A stretch of 57,773 nucleotides of DNA, from NCBI GenBank assembly GCA_030596125.1, contig JAUVKT010000005.1:1-57773 (forward strand). Direction: 5' to 3'. Positions 16,596 to 25,810 of the stretch are shown piece by piece (the first letter of the stretch is position 1; each line of letters starts with the position of its first letter). A program made the position numbers and the translations under genes. Below the pieces are notes generated by a model. The model did no database searches. It saw only the letters and a list, made by a program, of their open reading frames with translations, and had not been told where the DNA came from. This stretch comes from Bacteroidales bacterium. GTDB lineage: Bacteria; Bacteroidota; Bacteroidia; Bacteroidales; VadinHA17.

Positions 16596-19112
16596 TCATT
16601 GACTTTTATTCTCTTTTTTCTTTTTTCTTGACCAAAGAATGATGAGTATGGTTGCTCCTCCACCGAGTAGCAGCCAGATAATCCATAATTTACCTCTCTC
16701 TTGGGTTTTAATATAATCAACAATCTCTTCAGCTGATTTCTTGTCATGTGATATAAGTTTGGCAAAAGCCTCGAATACTTTCTGCCGGGGATATCCTTGT
16801 TTTACGCTGTTACTAAGGAGGTAATTAATAATATCTTCAGGATTTTTTGCATTTATTTTTTCATAATCAATAGATTCTATGGCTCTGAGAAGATTATCCT
16901 CTGTATATTCAGAAAGTCTTGAAAGGTATTCAGCAGGAGATTCATTTTTATTAGCAGACATTGCAGCAATAAGCCTTGTGAGAATCTCTTTTTCTGCTCC
17001 GTCATCAAGCGCTACTGAATATAACGATTCGAGCCATTCACCGGCATTCTTAATATTTTTCTCTTTTGTTTTTTCTATTGCTTCCCTGATTTTTTCATGC
17101 TCCTTTGTCTCGTCGGTAACCTCTGAAATAATCTGGTCCATCTGATCAATAGTAGGATCCTTGACCTCAACCAATTGCTCCTGGGCTGCCAACTCCAAAG
17201 AATCCTGTAACCGGGCTTCTGCAAGCAGGATGGCAGGATCAATTACGTCAACCGGCTTAACAACCGGCTTAACATCAGTAACAAAAAATTCACGTGTTGT
17301 GATATTGTTAAACCGGTCTTTGATTGTAAATACGATCTTATTGTCGCCGGTAACAGGTAACATATTGTAATCGAATTGACTATCGTTTACTATAAATTCT
17401 TCGGTAAGGATCAGGGAGTCACCCTGCCAGTGTTCTACGATCAGTATTGAATGAGGTTCAATCGCCAGGGGTATTATGGCTGTGTCGCCAGCATTATAAA
17501 CAGGCAGTGAGTCAATTGCAATAATATTGAATTCTGCAAACATGTCTGTTTTTAACAGCTCTTCGTCTTGTAATTCAATATTGTCTCCTTCCCTGGTAAG
17601 GCTTAAATCCAGATCTGCTACCCTTTTTTCTGATCCCTCAGATTCGTACACAATCTGGAATTTTCCATGGGGTATTTCAAATTCATATTCTCCTGTTTCA
17701 GGATCCGAATAAACAATTAATAAAGTATCCAGGTTTTCCTTGTTCAGGGCACTTACCTTTACGCTGTCGGAGAACTGTTCTAACAGGTCCCTTAGCCTGA
17801 CCATTCCTCTTACAAAGAATTTTCTTGGATGATCATCTGAGAATACTTCTATCCTGTGTATATCCTGTTTGCCGTAACCTTCGGGATCAAACCTTGATAC
17901 ATATGCGATGTGTCCAACACCAACGGGGGAGTAGAAAATATCATCGTCAGTACTGTTTACCGGGTAACCCATATTTAAAGGCGCTGACCATTCACCATCA
18001 TCAAGAAGTGTTGAATAAAAGATATCATGTCCTCCCATATTAAAATGGCCTCTTGAACTGAAGTACAATACCTTATTTGTTTGGTCAAGGAAGGGAGTCT
18101 CTTCGTTGAAGGGTGTATTTAGAGTTGGACCAAGATTAACTGCAGGTCCCCATGAACCGAGACTGTCGCGTTGTGATACATAAATATCCAGTCCGCCATA
18201 ACCTCCGGGACGGTTACTGGTGAAAAATAGTTTCTGTCCGTCACTGGAGGGACTGGCGTGTGATTCCCAGTATTTTGTATTAATATTTTCGTTTAATTTT
18301 TCTGCTGGCATCCATCGTCCGTCTATATACCGGCTTGAGTAAATATTTCCAACATATTGGTCATTTTTGTAAAGGAAAAGTTCATTTCCATCACCCGTCA
18401 GGGCTGTTGAGTATCCCTCGTCCACCAACAGTTGGTCCATGATGACGATACCTGGAGTCCATTCTCCATTCACCTTTCTGGAGAAGAGGATCATATCCTG
18501 TAACTGTGCCTCACGGGTATAAACTAAAGTGGTTTCATCAGCAGATACAACTGGATTAACTTCTGAAAATCTTTCGTTTACTATCTCTCCCTGGTTTACT
18601 GATTTGAGGTAAAGAGGCACTTTCATAAGTTGTATTGCATTGTAACAAGCCTTGATCTGGTTTTCAACAATTACAGGATTATACTTCTTTTGATCCATTT
18701 CTTCAAAAAACATGTTAAATGTTGCAATAGCCTTATCGATCTGGTTTGTTACGAGGTAGGCATTCCCAAGGTAGTAAAGAGCATCATATGGAGCAGCCGT
18801 CTCTTTAAACCGTCCTTCCCGGTATTTTGGATTTATGTTTTGAACTGCAGCTTGCAGGTATCCCAGAGACTTCTCTTTTTCACCTGACATGTTAAGGTAA
18901 CACATACCAAGTCTGTATTTATAATTATCGTTGTCAGGGAAGAGGTTTAATAATGATTCGTAAAAGGGGATTGCTTCATTATACTCTTCAAAAAGGATAA
19001 AAGCTTCCGCTTCGTAAAACATCACCTTGATCTCTTTTTTAGTCTGGCCACTAATAGGAGAAATATAGAGTATAAAGACAATTGAAATCAGGATTATTGC
19101 CGGTCTGTACAT
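16596..19112 (-). CDS. TPR + PD40 propeller + CRD/Ig-like + helical region + C-terminal TM anchor protein
   Basis: Signal peptide ending SGQ; INTKYWESHA and SNRPGGYGGLDIY repeats; ends LWIIWLLLGGGATILIILWSRKKKKENKSQ (TM helix plus basic tail). Confidence 0.85.
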   Translation of the reverse strand: MYRPAIILISIVFILYISPISGQTKKEIKVMFYEAEAFILFEEYNEAIPFYESLLNLFPDNDNYKYRLGMCYLNMSGEKEKSLGYLQAAVQNINPKYREGRFKETAAPYDALYYLGNAYLVTNQIDKAIATFNMFFEEMDQKKYNPVIVENQIKACYNAIQLMKVPLYLKSVNQGEIVNERFSEVNPVVSADETTLVYTREAQLQDMILFSRKVNGEWTPGIVIMDQLLVDEGYSTALTGDGNELFLYKNDQYVGNIYSSRYIDGRWMPAEKLNENINTKYWESHASPSSDGQKLFFTSNRPGGYGGLDIYVSQRDSLGSWGPAVNLGPTLNTPFNEETPFLDQTNKVLYFSSRGHFNMGGHDIFYSTLLDDGEWSAPLNMGYPVNSTDDDIFYSPVGVGHIAYVSRFDPEGYGKQDIHRIEVFSDDHPRKFFVRGMVRLRDLLEQFSDSVKVSALNKENLDTLLIVYSDPETGEYEFEIPHGKFQIVYESEGSEKRVADLDLSLTREGDNIELQDEELLKTDMFAEFNIIAIDSLPVYNAGDTAIIPLAIEPHSILIVEHWQGDSLILTEEFIVNDSQFDYNMLPVTGDNKIVFTIKDRFNNITTREFFVTDVKPVVKPVDVIDPAILLAEARLQDSLELAAQEQLVEVKDPTIDQMDQIISEVTDETKEHEKIREAIEKTKEKNIKNAGEWLESLYSVALDDGAEKEILTRLIAAMSANKNESPAEYLSRLSEYTEDNLLRAIESIDYEKINAKNPEDIINYLLSNSVKQGYPRQKVFEAFAKLISHDKKSAEEIVDYIKTQERGKLWIIWLLLGGGATILIILWSRKKKKENKSQ

Positions 19113-19133
19113 CTGTTAGAGGTTTCTTTTTTC

Positions 19134-19141
19134 CAAATCTA
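19134..19141 (-). promoter_or_regulatory. -7 box (TAGATTTG) for the PD40 operon
   Basis: Matches TAnnTTTG about 22 bp upstream of ATG 19112. Confidence 0.5.
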
Positions 19142-19188
19142 ATAATATTAAGCTAAATATTAAAAAAAAATGGTCATAATATGAGAAG

Positions 19189-19320
19189 AAGTGCCTAAAG
19201 TGCCTAAAGTGAAAAGTGACTAAAGTTTGAAGACTGAAGACTGCCTGCCCTGTGAAATACGACGGAGGAGTTATTTCTACAGGGAAGACTACCAATTGCC
19301 AACTGCCAATTGCCGACTGC
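19189..19320 (+). repeat. Mixed 9-mer (AAGTGMCTA) and 7-mer (GAAGACT/GCCAAYT/GCCGACT) array with an embedded hairpin
   Basis: AAGTGCCTA x2, AAGTGAA and AAGTGACTA, then GAAGACT units interrupted by the hairpin CCCTGTGAAATA-N12-TATTTCTACAGGG (19248-19284). Confidence 0.85.
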
Positions 19321-19323
19321 TTT

Positions 19324-19365
19324 GCCCTTCCGAAGCATGAAACGAAGTGGAGAGCGAAGAAGGGC
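19324..19365 (+). repeat. Dispersed 42-bp REP-like core, copy 2
   Basis: GCCCTTCCGAAGCATGAAACGAAGTGGAGAGCGAAGAAGGGC; two differences from copy 1. Confidence 0.95.
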
Positions 19366-19384
19366 CAACTGTTAACGGATTCGA

Positions 19385-20995
19385 TTATATTTTTTTCTCA
19401 GGGATATTTATTGTATAAATCTCGCCCATACGTGATTTTGAATTGCTTCCGATTACAAGGTCTGAGCCTGTAATGGCAATTTTTTTATCAATGGTGAAAT
19501 CAGAAAGCTTTTCCATAGCAATTATTATACGGGCTGTATTCAGGTCTGTTGAACTAAAAATTATTTCATCGGGTGTGTTTATTCTTATGATCTCTGTAAG
19601 TTGCTCAAATTCACCAAGAGCACTGTGATTATCAGAATTATTATCCACAGCTATTCTGCCGATTACATTTATCCTTGAATAGTTATTTCTGACTATTTCA
19701 AGAATCTGTTCATACTCTTCCGGACTACTTGCAATAACAATTTTTTTAACCCTTGATCTGATGCCTGACACCTTAATAATTTCGGGTTTTGACAAAATAT
19801 ATCTTATCCCGGGTATTACAACGAGGGTAAAAAGGCTTACGAACACTATTATGGTCCTGGAAAATCTGAGATCGACAGGAAGAAAGGCATATGATATCAT
19901 TATTAGTAATATCCCGGTAAGAGTGCCCAGGAACAGTGATCTCATTCTCACGGGTGTCTTATAGCCTCCCCATATGCCAATAGTTGCAATAATCAACACA
20001 GTATAGACAGGAATGATAATATTTGTAAGTACTTCAGGGTATTGATATCCGTCACCGAATTTAATATTGCCCCATAGATTCGCAAAAGAATTGAAAACCA
20101 GTAACATGATTAGTGAATCAACTACCGGGAGAGCAAGTTTACTGGTAACACGTTTTGCCATAGACAAAGAGCCCCTGATGAAAATGGCAAGGTTAATAAG
20201 CCAGATTAGAAATCTTATTCTGCGATAGCTGAAATGTTTTTTCACAAAGATTATCATTGACCTGTAGAAATTAATCACATAATTAATTTCTGATTTTCTT
20301 GTGCTTTCACCTTTGAAATGGATAATGGAGGGATGGGGGAGGTAATATATATTGAAACCGGATTCAAGAATTCTGTAACTAAGGTCGATATCTTCTCCAT
20401 ACATAAAGAATGATTCATCAAAGAGGCCTGCAGCCTCAATAGCCTCTTTCCTAATAAACATAAAGGCCCCTGTAAGCACTTCAATTTTTTGTATCTTATC
20501 ATTGTCGAGATGACCAAGATAATATCTGTTAAAGCGTTTTGAACCGGGGAAAAGTGATGAAAGCCCGGACATTTTATAAAATGCAGTGGCCGGTGTTGGC
20601 AAAGCCCTTTTCGATTCAGGGAGGTATTTTCCTTTACCGTCAATCATTTTCACCCCCACTGCACCTGCATCGGGGTGCTCTTCCATAAATTCAAAACATT
20701 TACTAAAGGTCTTTTCACTTACTACGGTGTCGGGGTTCAGGATCAGTATATATTTTCCGTTAGCTATTTTGATACCCTGGTTATTGGCAATCGAAAAACC
20801 CGGATTGTGCCTGTTTCTAATTAGCTTTACATCCCTGAATTTCTCAATTATCATCGAGTTGGATCCGTCAGCAGAGTTATTATCAACTACAATTACCTCA
20901 CTATTTATCCCTTTTATTGCCCTGAACACCGAGGTCAGACACTGCTCAAGAAAATATTTTACATTGTAGTTTACTATAATTACAGAGAGATCCAT
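19385..20995 (-). CDS. GT2 glycosyltransferase fused to a C-terminal membrane region and Rossmann-like domain
   Basis: LSVIIVNYN, VVDNNSADGS, GF..ANNQ, ILNPD and FFMYGEDIDL motifs; then about 4-5 TM helices. Confidence 0.9.
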   Translation of the reverse strand: MDLSVIIVNYNVKYFLEQCLTSVFRAIKGINSEVIVVDNNSADGSNSMIIEKFRDVKLIRNRHNPGFSIANNQGIKIANGKYILILNPDTVVSEKTFSKCFEFMEEHPDAGAVGVKMIDGKGKYLPESKRALPTPATAFYKMSGLSSLFPGSKRFNRYYLGHLDNDKIQKIEVLTGAFMFIRKEAIEAAGLFDESFFMYGEDIDLSYRILESGFNIYYLPHPSIIHFKGESTRKSEINYVINFYRSMIIFVKKHFSYRRIRFLIWLINLAIFIRGSLSMAKRVTSKLALPVVDSLIMLLVFNSFANLWGNIKFGDGYQYPEVLTNIIIPVYTVLIIATIGIWGGYKTPVRMRSLFLGTLTGILLIMISYAFLPVDLRFSRTIIVFVSLFTLVVIPGIRYILSKPEIIKVSGIRSRVKKIVIASSPEEYEQILEIVRNNYSRINVIGRIAVDNNSDNHSALGEFEQLTEIIRINTPDEIIFSSTDLNTARIIIAMEKLSDFTIDKKIAITGSDLVIGSNSKSRMGEIYTINIPEKKI

Positions 20996-21003
20996 CTTCT
21001 CAG

Positions 21004-22218
21004 TTATTGTTTATCAATACAAGTTCTTATAACTCCGGAAAGTCTTTTTACACCCTCTTTTATATCGTTCATGTCTGAGTATGAGAAGTTTATTCTTATT
21101 GTATTTTTTCCTGAATCATCACAATGGAATACCGATCCTTTTACAAAGGCAACATTGTTTTCAACAGCCTTATTAAATATCATGTCTACATCAATATCTT
21201 CAGGTATTGTAATGAATAGAAAAAGGCCTCCCTCCGGCCTGGTCCATTTTACATTTTCAGGCATATATTTTCCGAAACATTCAAGCATGTAGTCTCTTTT
21301 ATTCCTGTAAAGCTCTATTGTATTAACAAGGTTTTTATCGAGTGATCCTCTTTTGATATATTCAGCAGCAATCTTCTGTAAAAGTACTGGAGAGCAGACG
21401 TCAGCCGATTGTTTCGCCATTATGAATTTGTCTATAATTACAGGATTCCCAATAAGCCAGGCAACTCTGAATCCGGGGGCAAATATTTTAGAGAAGGTAA
21501 ACAGAGTAATAACCCTGCCTGAATTGTCAAGCTCATAGATCATTTTCTGAGGTTCTCCTTCGAACCTGATCTCTCTGTAAGGACTATCTTCCAGAATAAG
21601 CAAATTATATTTTTCAGCTATCGCTAAAATCTCACTGCGACGTGATTCAGGCATTGTTATACCGGCCGGATTTTGAAAATCGGGTATCACATATATAAAT
21701 TTAATTTTCTTACCTGAGTTAGTCAGTTCTTTTACAGCTTGTTCGAGCTTATCCATTCTCATACCCTGTTCGTCTAAGGGTATTCCTTTTAGTCTTGCTC
21801 CGTATACATTAAATGCACTTAAACCACCCAGGTAGGAGGGGAGTCCGCATATAATATAGTCGTTCGGGTCGATAAGTATTTTAGCCAGGATATCAAGAGC
21901 CTGTTGCGATCCGGTGCTTATTGCAAGATTTTCGGGCCCGATCTTTAATCCCTGTTCATTATGGCGTTGTAGCAACATTTCCCTGAGTAGAGCATCACCT
22001 TCTGTTGTCCCATATTGAAGGGCTTGTTCTCCCTCTTTATCAAGTATATAGTTGGCAATTTCTTTTACCTCCTCAACCGGGAATGTTTGAGGAGATGGTA
22101 GCCCGCCGGCAAAGGATATCATGTCAGGGTTACTTAAAAGTTTAAGAATTTCCCTGATCGCTGATCGTTTCATCGATTTTGCTGATCGTGAAAACTTATC
22201 TTCGGTATTAATTATCAT
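21004..22218 (-). CDS. PLP-dependent class I aminotransferase (LysN/2-aminoadipate transaminase-like)
   Basis: S.IREILK, ISFAGGLP, ALQYG.TEG, GSQQAL, PDFQNPAG, EDSPY and TFSKIFAPG.R (PLP lysine) motifs. Confidence 0.9.
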   Translation of the reverse strand: MIINTEDKFSRSAKSMKRSAIREILKLLSNPDMISFAGGLPSPQTFPVEEVKEIANYILDKEGEQALQYGTTEGDALLREMLLQRHNEQGLKIGPENLAISTGSQQALDILAKILIDPNDYIICGLPSYLGGLSAFNVYGARLKGIPLDEQGMRMDKLEQAVKELTNSGKKIKFIYVIPDFQNPAGITMPESRRSEILAIAEKYNLLILEDSPYREIRFEGEPQKMIYELDNSGRVITLFTFSKIFAPGFRVAWLIGNPVIIDKFIMAKQSADVCSPVLLQKIAAEYIKRGSLDKNLVNTIELYRNKRDYMLECFGKYMPENVKWTRPEGGLFLFITIPEDIDVDMIFNKAVENNVAFVKGSVFHCDDSGKNTIRINFSYSDMNDIKEGVKRLSGVIRTCIDKQ

Positions 22219-22274
22219 TTTTTTGTGTGTGAGTTAACCTGTTAAACAGGTAAAAAAATAGTTTTAGTCTGTAA

Positions 22275-22898
22275 TTATATATCGGGGGTATCGAAAAGAG
22301 TCCTGTTTAAAATTGATCTGCCGAGTGTTATTTCATCTGTATATTCCAGTTCGTCTCCGATGGCAACGCCACGCGACAATGTAGTGATCTTAATTTCAAA
22401 AGGGATAAGTTTCCGGTAAATATAGAAGTTTGTAGTATCTCCTTCCATTGTTGTGCTTAGTGCCAGAATAACTTCATTGACAGTTCCTTCTGAAACCTTT
22501 TTCTCCAGTGAGGCGATCTTCAGATCAGAAGGGCCGATCCCATCCATTGGTGAAATGATGCCTCCGAGAACATGGTAAATGCCCCTGTACTGACTGGTGT
22601 TTTCAACGGCAATAACATCCCTGATATTTTCAACAACACATACTGCTTGGTGGTCTCTGGACTTATCGCTGCATATTTCACAAACTTCTTTATCTGATAC
22701 ATTGTGGCAAATTATGCAGTAATGAATCTCTTTTTTTAACCTTATGATGCTTTCACCAAATCTTTCAACCTCTGAAGTATCTTTTCTTAACAGGTGCATA
22801 ACAAGACGAAGGGCTGTCTTTTTTCCAATGCCGGGCAGGGAAGAAAATTCATTAACTGCTTCTTCAAGGAGCCTGGAGGAAAAACCGGTTATTGACAT
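22275..22898 (-). CDS. recR: Recombination mediator RecR
   Basis: LPGIG.KTALRL HhH motif, C4 zinc finger, [21 protein letters not shown] and LEYTDE.TL. Start ATG 22898 lies downstream of a -7 box. Confidence 0.97.
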   Translation of the reverse strand: MSITGFSSRLLEEAVNEFSSLPGIGKKTALRLVMHLLRKDTSEVERFGESIIRLKKEIHYCIICHNVSDKEVCEICSDKSRDHQAVCVVENIRDVIAVENTSQYRGIYHVLGGIISPMDGIGPSDLKIASLEKKVSEGTVNEVILALSTTMEGDTTNFYIYRKLIPFEIKITTLSRGVAIGDELEYTDEITLGRSILNRTLFDTPDI

Positions 22899-22921
22899 AT
22901 TTTTTATTATTAGTCTCAATA

Positions 22922-22929
22922 CAAATTTA
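22922..22929 (-). promoter_or_regulatory. -7 box (TAAATTTG) for recR
   Basis: Exact TAnnTTTG match about 24 bp upstream of ATG 22898. Confidence 0.6.
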
Positions 22930-22999
22930 CGGAGTTTGAATTTAAGCATTTTAATTTTTTCTCTCACCTCTTTTCATTATCCTTACCAAAATTTTTTTA

Positions 23000-24475
23000 A
23001 TGGCACCCGGCACCATACTGTTTGTTATAATTATATATTTTCTATTACTGTTGGGAGTGGCCTGGTTAACAGGACGTAAAGCTGACAGTGAAAGTTTTTT
23101 CATTGGCAACAGACGTTCTCCCTGGATTGTTGTGTCAATAGGGATGATCGGAGCATCCCTGTCGGGGGTTACTTTTGTTTCTGTCCCCGGCTGGGTAGTC
23201 GACAGTCAGTTCAGTTACCTGCAAATGGTCCTCGGTTATCTTGTTGGATATGCTGTTATTGCAGAGATACTTTTGCCACTCTATTACAAACTCAGGTTAA
23301 CTTCAATTTACACATATCTGAAGCAACGATTTGGTAACAGATCTTATAAGACCGGCGCATCGTTTTTTATGCTCTCCCGTACCGTTGGTGCATCTTTCAG
23401 GTTGTATCTTGTGGCCAGCGTGTTGCAACTGACAATATTTGAAGCATGGAATGTTCCTTTTATTATAACAGTCGTAATCACACTTGCACTTATATGGCTA
23501 TATACGTTTAAGGGGGGAATTAAGACTATAATCTGGACTGATATGTTACAGACAGTTTTTATGTTGTCGGCTGTAATACTTACGCTTGTTTTTATCAGTC
23601 GTTCTATGGATCTTAACTTCAAAGGAATGGTGAGTCTTGTTAAGGAACATGATCTGTCAAGGATTTTCTTCTTTGATGATTTTAACGACAAGAGACATTT
23701 CCTGAAACAGTTTTTCGGTGGCATGTTCATAACAATTGTAATGACAGGCCTTGATCAGGATATGATGCAGAAGAACCTTAGCTGTCGTAACCTTAAAGAT
23801 GCCAGGAAGAATATGTACAGTTACAGTATAGCATTTGTGCCGGTTAATATGATATTTTTGGTTTTGGGGATTCTCCTTTTTGTATATGCAGGAAAACAGG
23901 GAATCGCTATCCCTGACCAGACAGATAATCTCTTTCCGCTTGTCGCAACACAGGGAGGTTTAGGTTTAGCTGTTAGCCTGTTGTTCATACTTGGGCTCAT
24001 AGCAGCGGCTTATTCAAGTGCAGATTCGGCCTTAACCGCACTGACTACCTCTTTTACGGTTGATATTCTTGGACAGGAGGGCAGGGAAGAGAGTTCATTA
24101 CGAAAAGTGCGAACCAGGGTGCATATCTTTTTTTCGTTTCTGTTAATGATCATTATTATGGTCTTCAGGGCATTGAATGATCAAAGCGTAATAAGTGCAT
24201 TATTTACTATTGCCGGATATACCTATGGTCCGCTCCTGGGAATGTTCACATTCGGACTTTTTACCAGGTGGAGGGTAAAAGATCGTGTAATGCCATATAT
24301 TGCAATCGTTTCACCTATAATTTGTTTCTTTCTGAACACCTATTCCGAAGAGCTTCTTGGAGGGTACAAATTTGGGTTTGAGCTGCTGATAGTAAATGGA
24401 ATTATAACCTTTGCCGGAATGTTGATCTTCAAAGAGAAAGCGATTGATTTACGAACACCGATCAACGATTTTTGA
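23000..24475 (+). CDS. Sodium:solute symporter (SSS/SLC5 family)
   Basis: FFIGNR.SPW, SLSGVTFVSVPG, GGIKTIIWTD, GLDQDMMQK and AAAYSSADSAL motifs; about 13 TM helices. Confidence 0.93.
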   Translation: MAPGTILFVIIIYFLLLLGVAWLTGRKADSESFFIGNRRSPWIVVSIGMIGASLSGVTFVSVPGWVVDSQFSYLQMVLGYLVGYAVIAEILLPLYYKLRLTSIYTYLKQRFGNRSYKTGASFFMLSRTVGASFRLYLVASVLQLTIFEAWNVPFIITVVITLALIWLYTFKGGIKTIIWTDMLQTVFMLSAVILTLVFISRSMDLNFKGMVSLVKEHDLSRIFFFDDFNDKRHFLKQFFGGMFITIVMTGLDQDMMQKNLSCRNLKDARKNMYSYSIAFVPVNMIFLVLGILLFVYAGKQGIAIPDQTDNLFPLVATQGGLGLAVSLLFILGLIAAAYSSADSALTALTTSFTVDILGQEGREESSLRKVRTRVHIFFSFLLMIIIMVFRALNDQSVISALFTIAGYTYGPLLGMFTFGLFTRWRVKDRVMPYIAIVSPIICFFLNTYSEELLGGYKFGFELLIVNGIITFAGMLIFKEKAIDLRTPINDF

Positions 24476-24525
24476 TTTAAGATTGTTAATTTCTTTATCC
24501 TTCAAAAATCAACATTCGTTGATCG
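24459..24525. repeat. Imperfect long inverted repeat between convergent genes (possible bidirectional terminator)
   Basis: CGATCAACGATTTTTGATTT pairs with AAAATCAACATTCGTTGATCG; the left arm overlaps the SSS stop codon. Confidence 0.55.
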
Positions 24526-24554
24526 ATATTGGATATTCAAAACAGATCTGGTTT

Positions 24555-25220
24555 TTATTTAGATCTGGAGTTAAAGGGTATCTGCCATGCAATATAATAT
24601 GAAATACCCGGATTAATACCCCCGTCAGTTTCTGACATTCCAGGAATATTTACAGGACGATTATCATCTCCAAATGAGCTTGAGAGCAACAGTTTCAGTC
24701 TTAAAGACCATCCTATAAGGACATTCCTGAAAAGTTCGGCCTTAACGCCGCCGACAAATTCTAAAAAATGTGCCGATCCTTTGCTGTCAGGTATTGTCCC
24801 GTAATATTCTCCCCAGTAATTTTCATATGTAAGTGATGAAGTCTCCTGGTTAAAGATCGATAATCCGTACCTCAACCCTACACCGACATAATTATTGCCA
24901 GGGTCTTTTTCGGGTTTAAGCATATTCAGATCAATGCCGATACGGGCAAAATACCCGTTATTGGAATAGGTATAGTTATACTGACTGTAATCATAACTTC
25001 CATATCCTGCTTCAACTACACCATAATATTTATGATTCATCCGGTATGATATACATCCTTCATAACAGGTTATGTCATTATTAAGGGCATTAATTGCAAG
25101 TCCGGCAATGTCAAATCCAAAAATCAGTGCTTTTTCTGTTTTGGTTGTGTCAGACTGAAAAGTACCTGCCCAGCTTATAACAGAAGTCAGGCTAAAAAAA
25201 AGTGCGCAAATTTTCTTCAT
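24555..25220 (-). CDS. Outer-membrane beta-barrel protein, DUF6048-like
   Basis: Signal peptide; Y...GYFARIG.D.N, VGLRYG.S.F and E.V.GVKAELF.N...GWS.R motifs; paired with the upstream lipoprotein. Confidence 0.65.
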   Translation of the reverse strand: MKKICALFFSLTSVISWAGTFQSDTTKTEKALIFGFDIAGLAINALNNDITCYEGCISYRMNHKYYGVVEAGYGSYDYSQYNYTYSNNGYFARIGIDLNMLKPEKDPGNNYVGVGLRYGLSIFNQETSSLTYENYWGEYYGTIPDSKGSAHFLEFVGGVKAELFRNVLIGWSLRLKLLLSSSFGDDNRPVNIPGMSETDGGINPGISYYIAWQIPFNSRSK

Positions 25221-25650
25221 CCGACGGGTTAACTGAATTATTTATTATAAGAATGGTATCTATCCTGTTCTTTGTATAGCTGACATTTCCGATGGTGTAG
25301 AGAAAACTATATCCACAAGCTTTTGAAATAAAATGATGAGTTGCCGTATAAGTAATCTTAAGTGTGTCATGAATCAGCCCGTTTACAATAACATAATCTG
25401 CACAGTCGGATGCAGGGTTAAGAGGAAGCTCTATCTTCCCGGTTTTGGAGTTATCGTATATCAGAAGATCATCCATTCCAACTCCATATATGGTAAGGCT
25501 GTCGATAACAGTTGTTTCATTATTGTCAGTCTCATAAAGAGTAATAACTGCCATCGATTCTCCCGGATGGTCGCAACTCTCAGTTATGCAGCCTGAACAG
25601 ACCGCAATCAATACTATAATCAACCCTGCTGATAATCTGATACCTCTCAT
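25192..25650 (-). CDS. Lipoprotein, DUF6452-like
   Basis: Lipobox-like CSGC; DSLTIYG, I.LPLNP, DTL.ITY and FIS.ACGY...Y motifs. Confidence 0.65.
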   Translation of the reverse strand: MRGIRLSAGLIIVLIAVCSGCITESCDHPGESMAVITLYETDNNETTVIDSLTIYGVGMDDLLIYDNSKTGKIELPLNPASDCADYVIVNGLIHDTLKITYTATHHFISKACGYSFLYTIGNVSYTKNRIDTILIINNSVNPSDEENLRTFF

Positions 25651-25673
25651 TAAAACGGGTAAAAGTGATTGAT

Positions 25674-25681
25674 CAAAAGTA
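25674..25681 (-). promoter_or_regulatory. -7 box (TACTTTTG)
   Basis: Matches TAnnTTTG about 24 bp upstream of ATG 25650. Confidence 0.5.
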
Positions 25682-25701
25682 GTAAAAATTGTCGGTAGTG
25701 G

Positions 25702-25735
25702 AAAGAAAAACCGGCAACTGTAAAAAAGCTGCCGG
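25702..25735 (-). terminator. Intrinsic terminator after the acyl-CoA ligase gene
   Basis: Minus strand: CCGGCAGCT-loop-AGTTGCCGG followed by TTTTTCTTT. Confidence 0.7.
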
Positions 25736-25810
25736 CATATAATTTAATTTAGGTTTTGTGATTGAGAATTCTCCATATCAGGTTAATCTCACTGTAATAA
25801 TACACTCTTT

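Noticed and set aside
19252-19473. ORF sharing DCFALPK.ETKWRAK.G with the 10082 ORF, suggesting a small protein family
   Set aside because: The similarity comes from the DNA core. Copy 4 is read in another frame (57004-57222), and starts and stops are not conserved.
22237-22251. Palindrome ACCTGT-TAA-ACAGGT upstream of the aminotransferase gene
   Set aside because: Short (6-bp arms) with the T-tract on the wrong side for a recR terminator; could be chance in AT-rich DNA.
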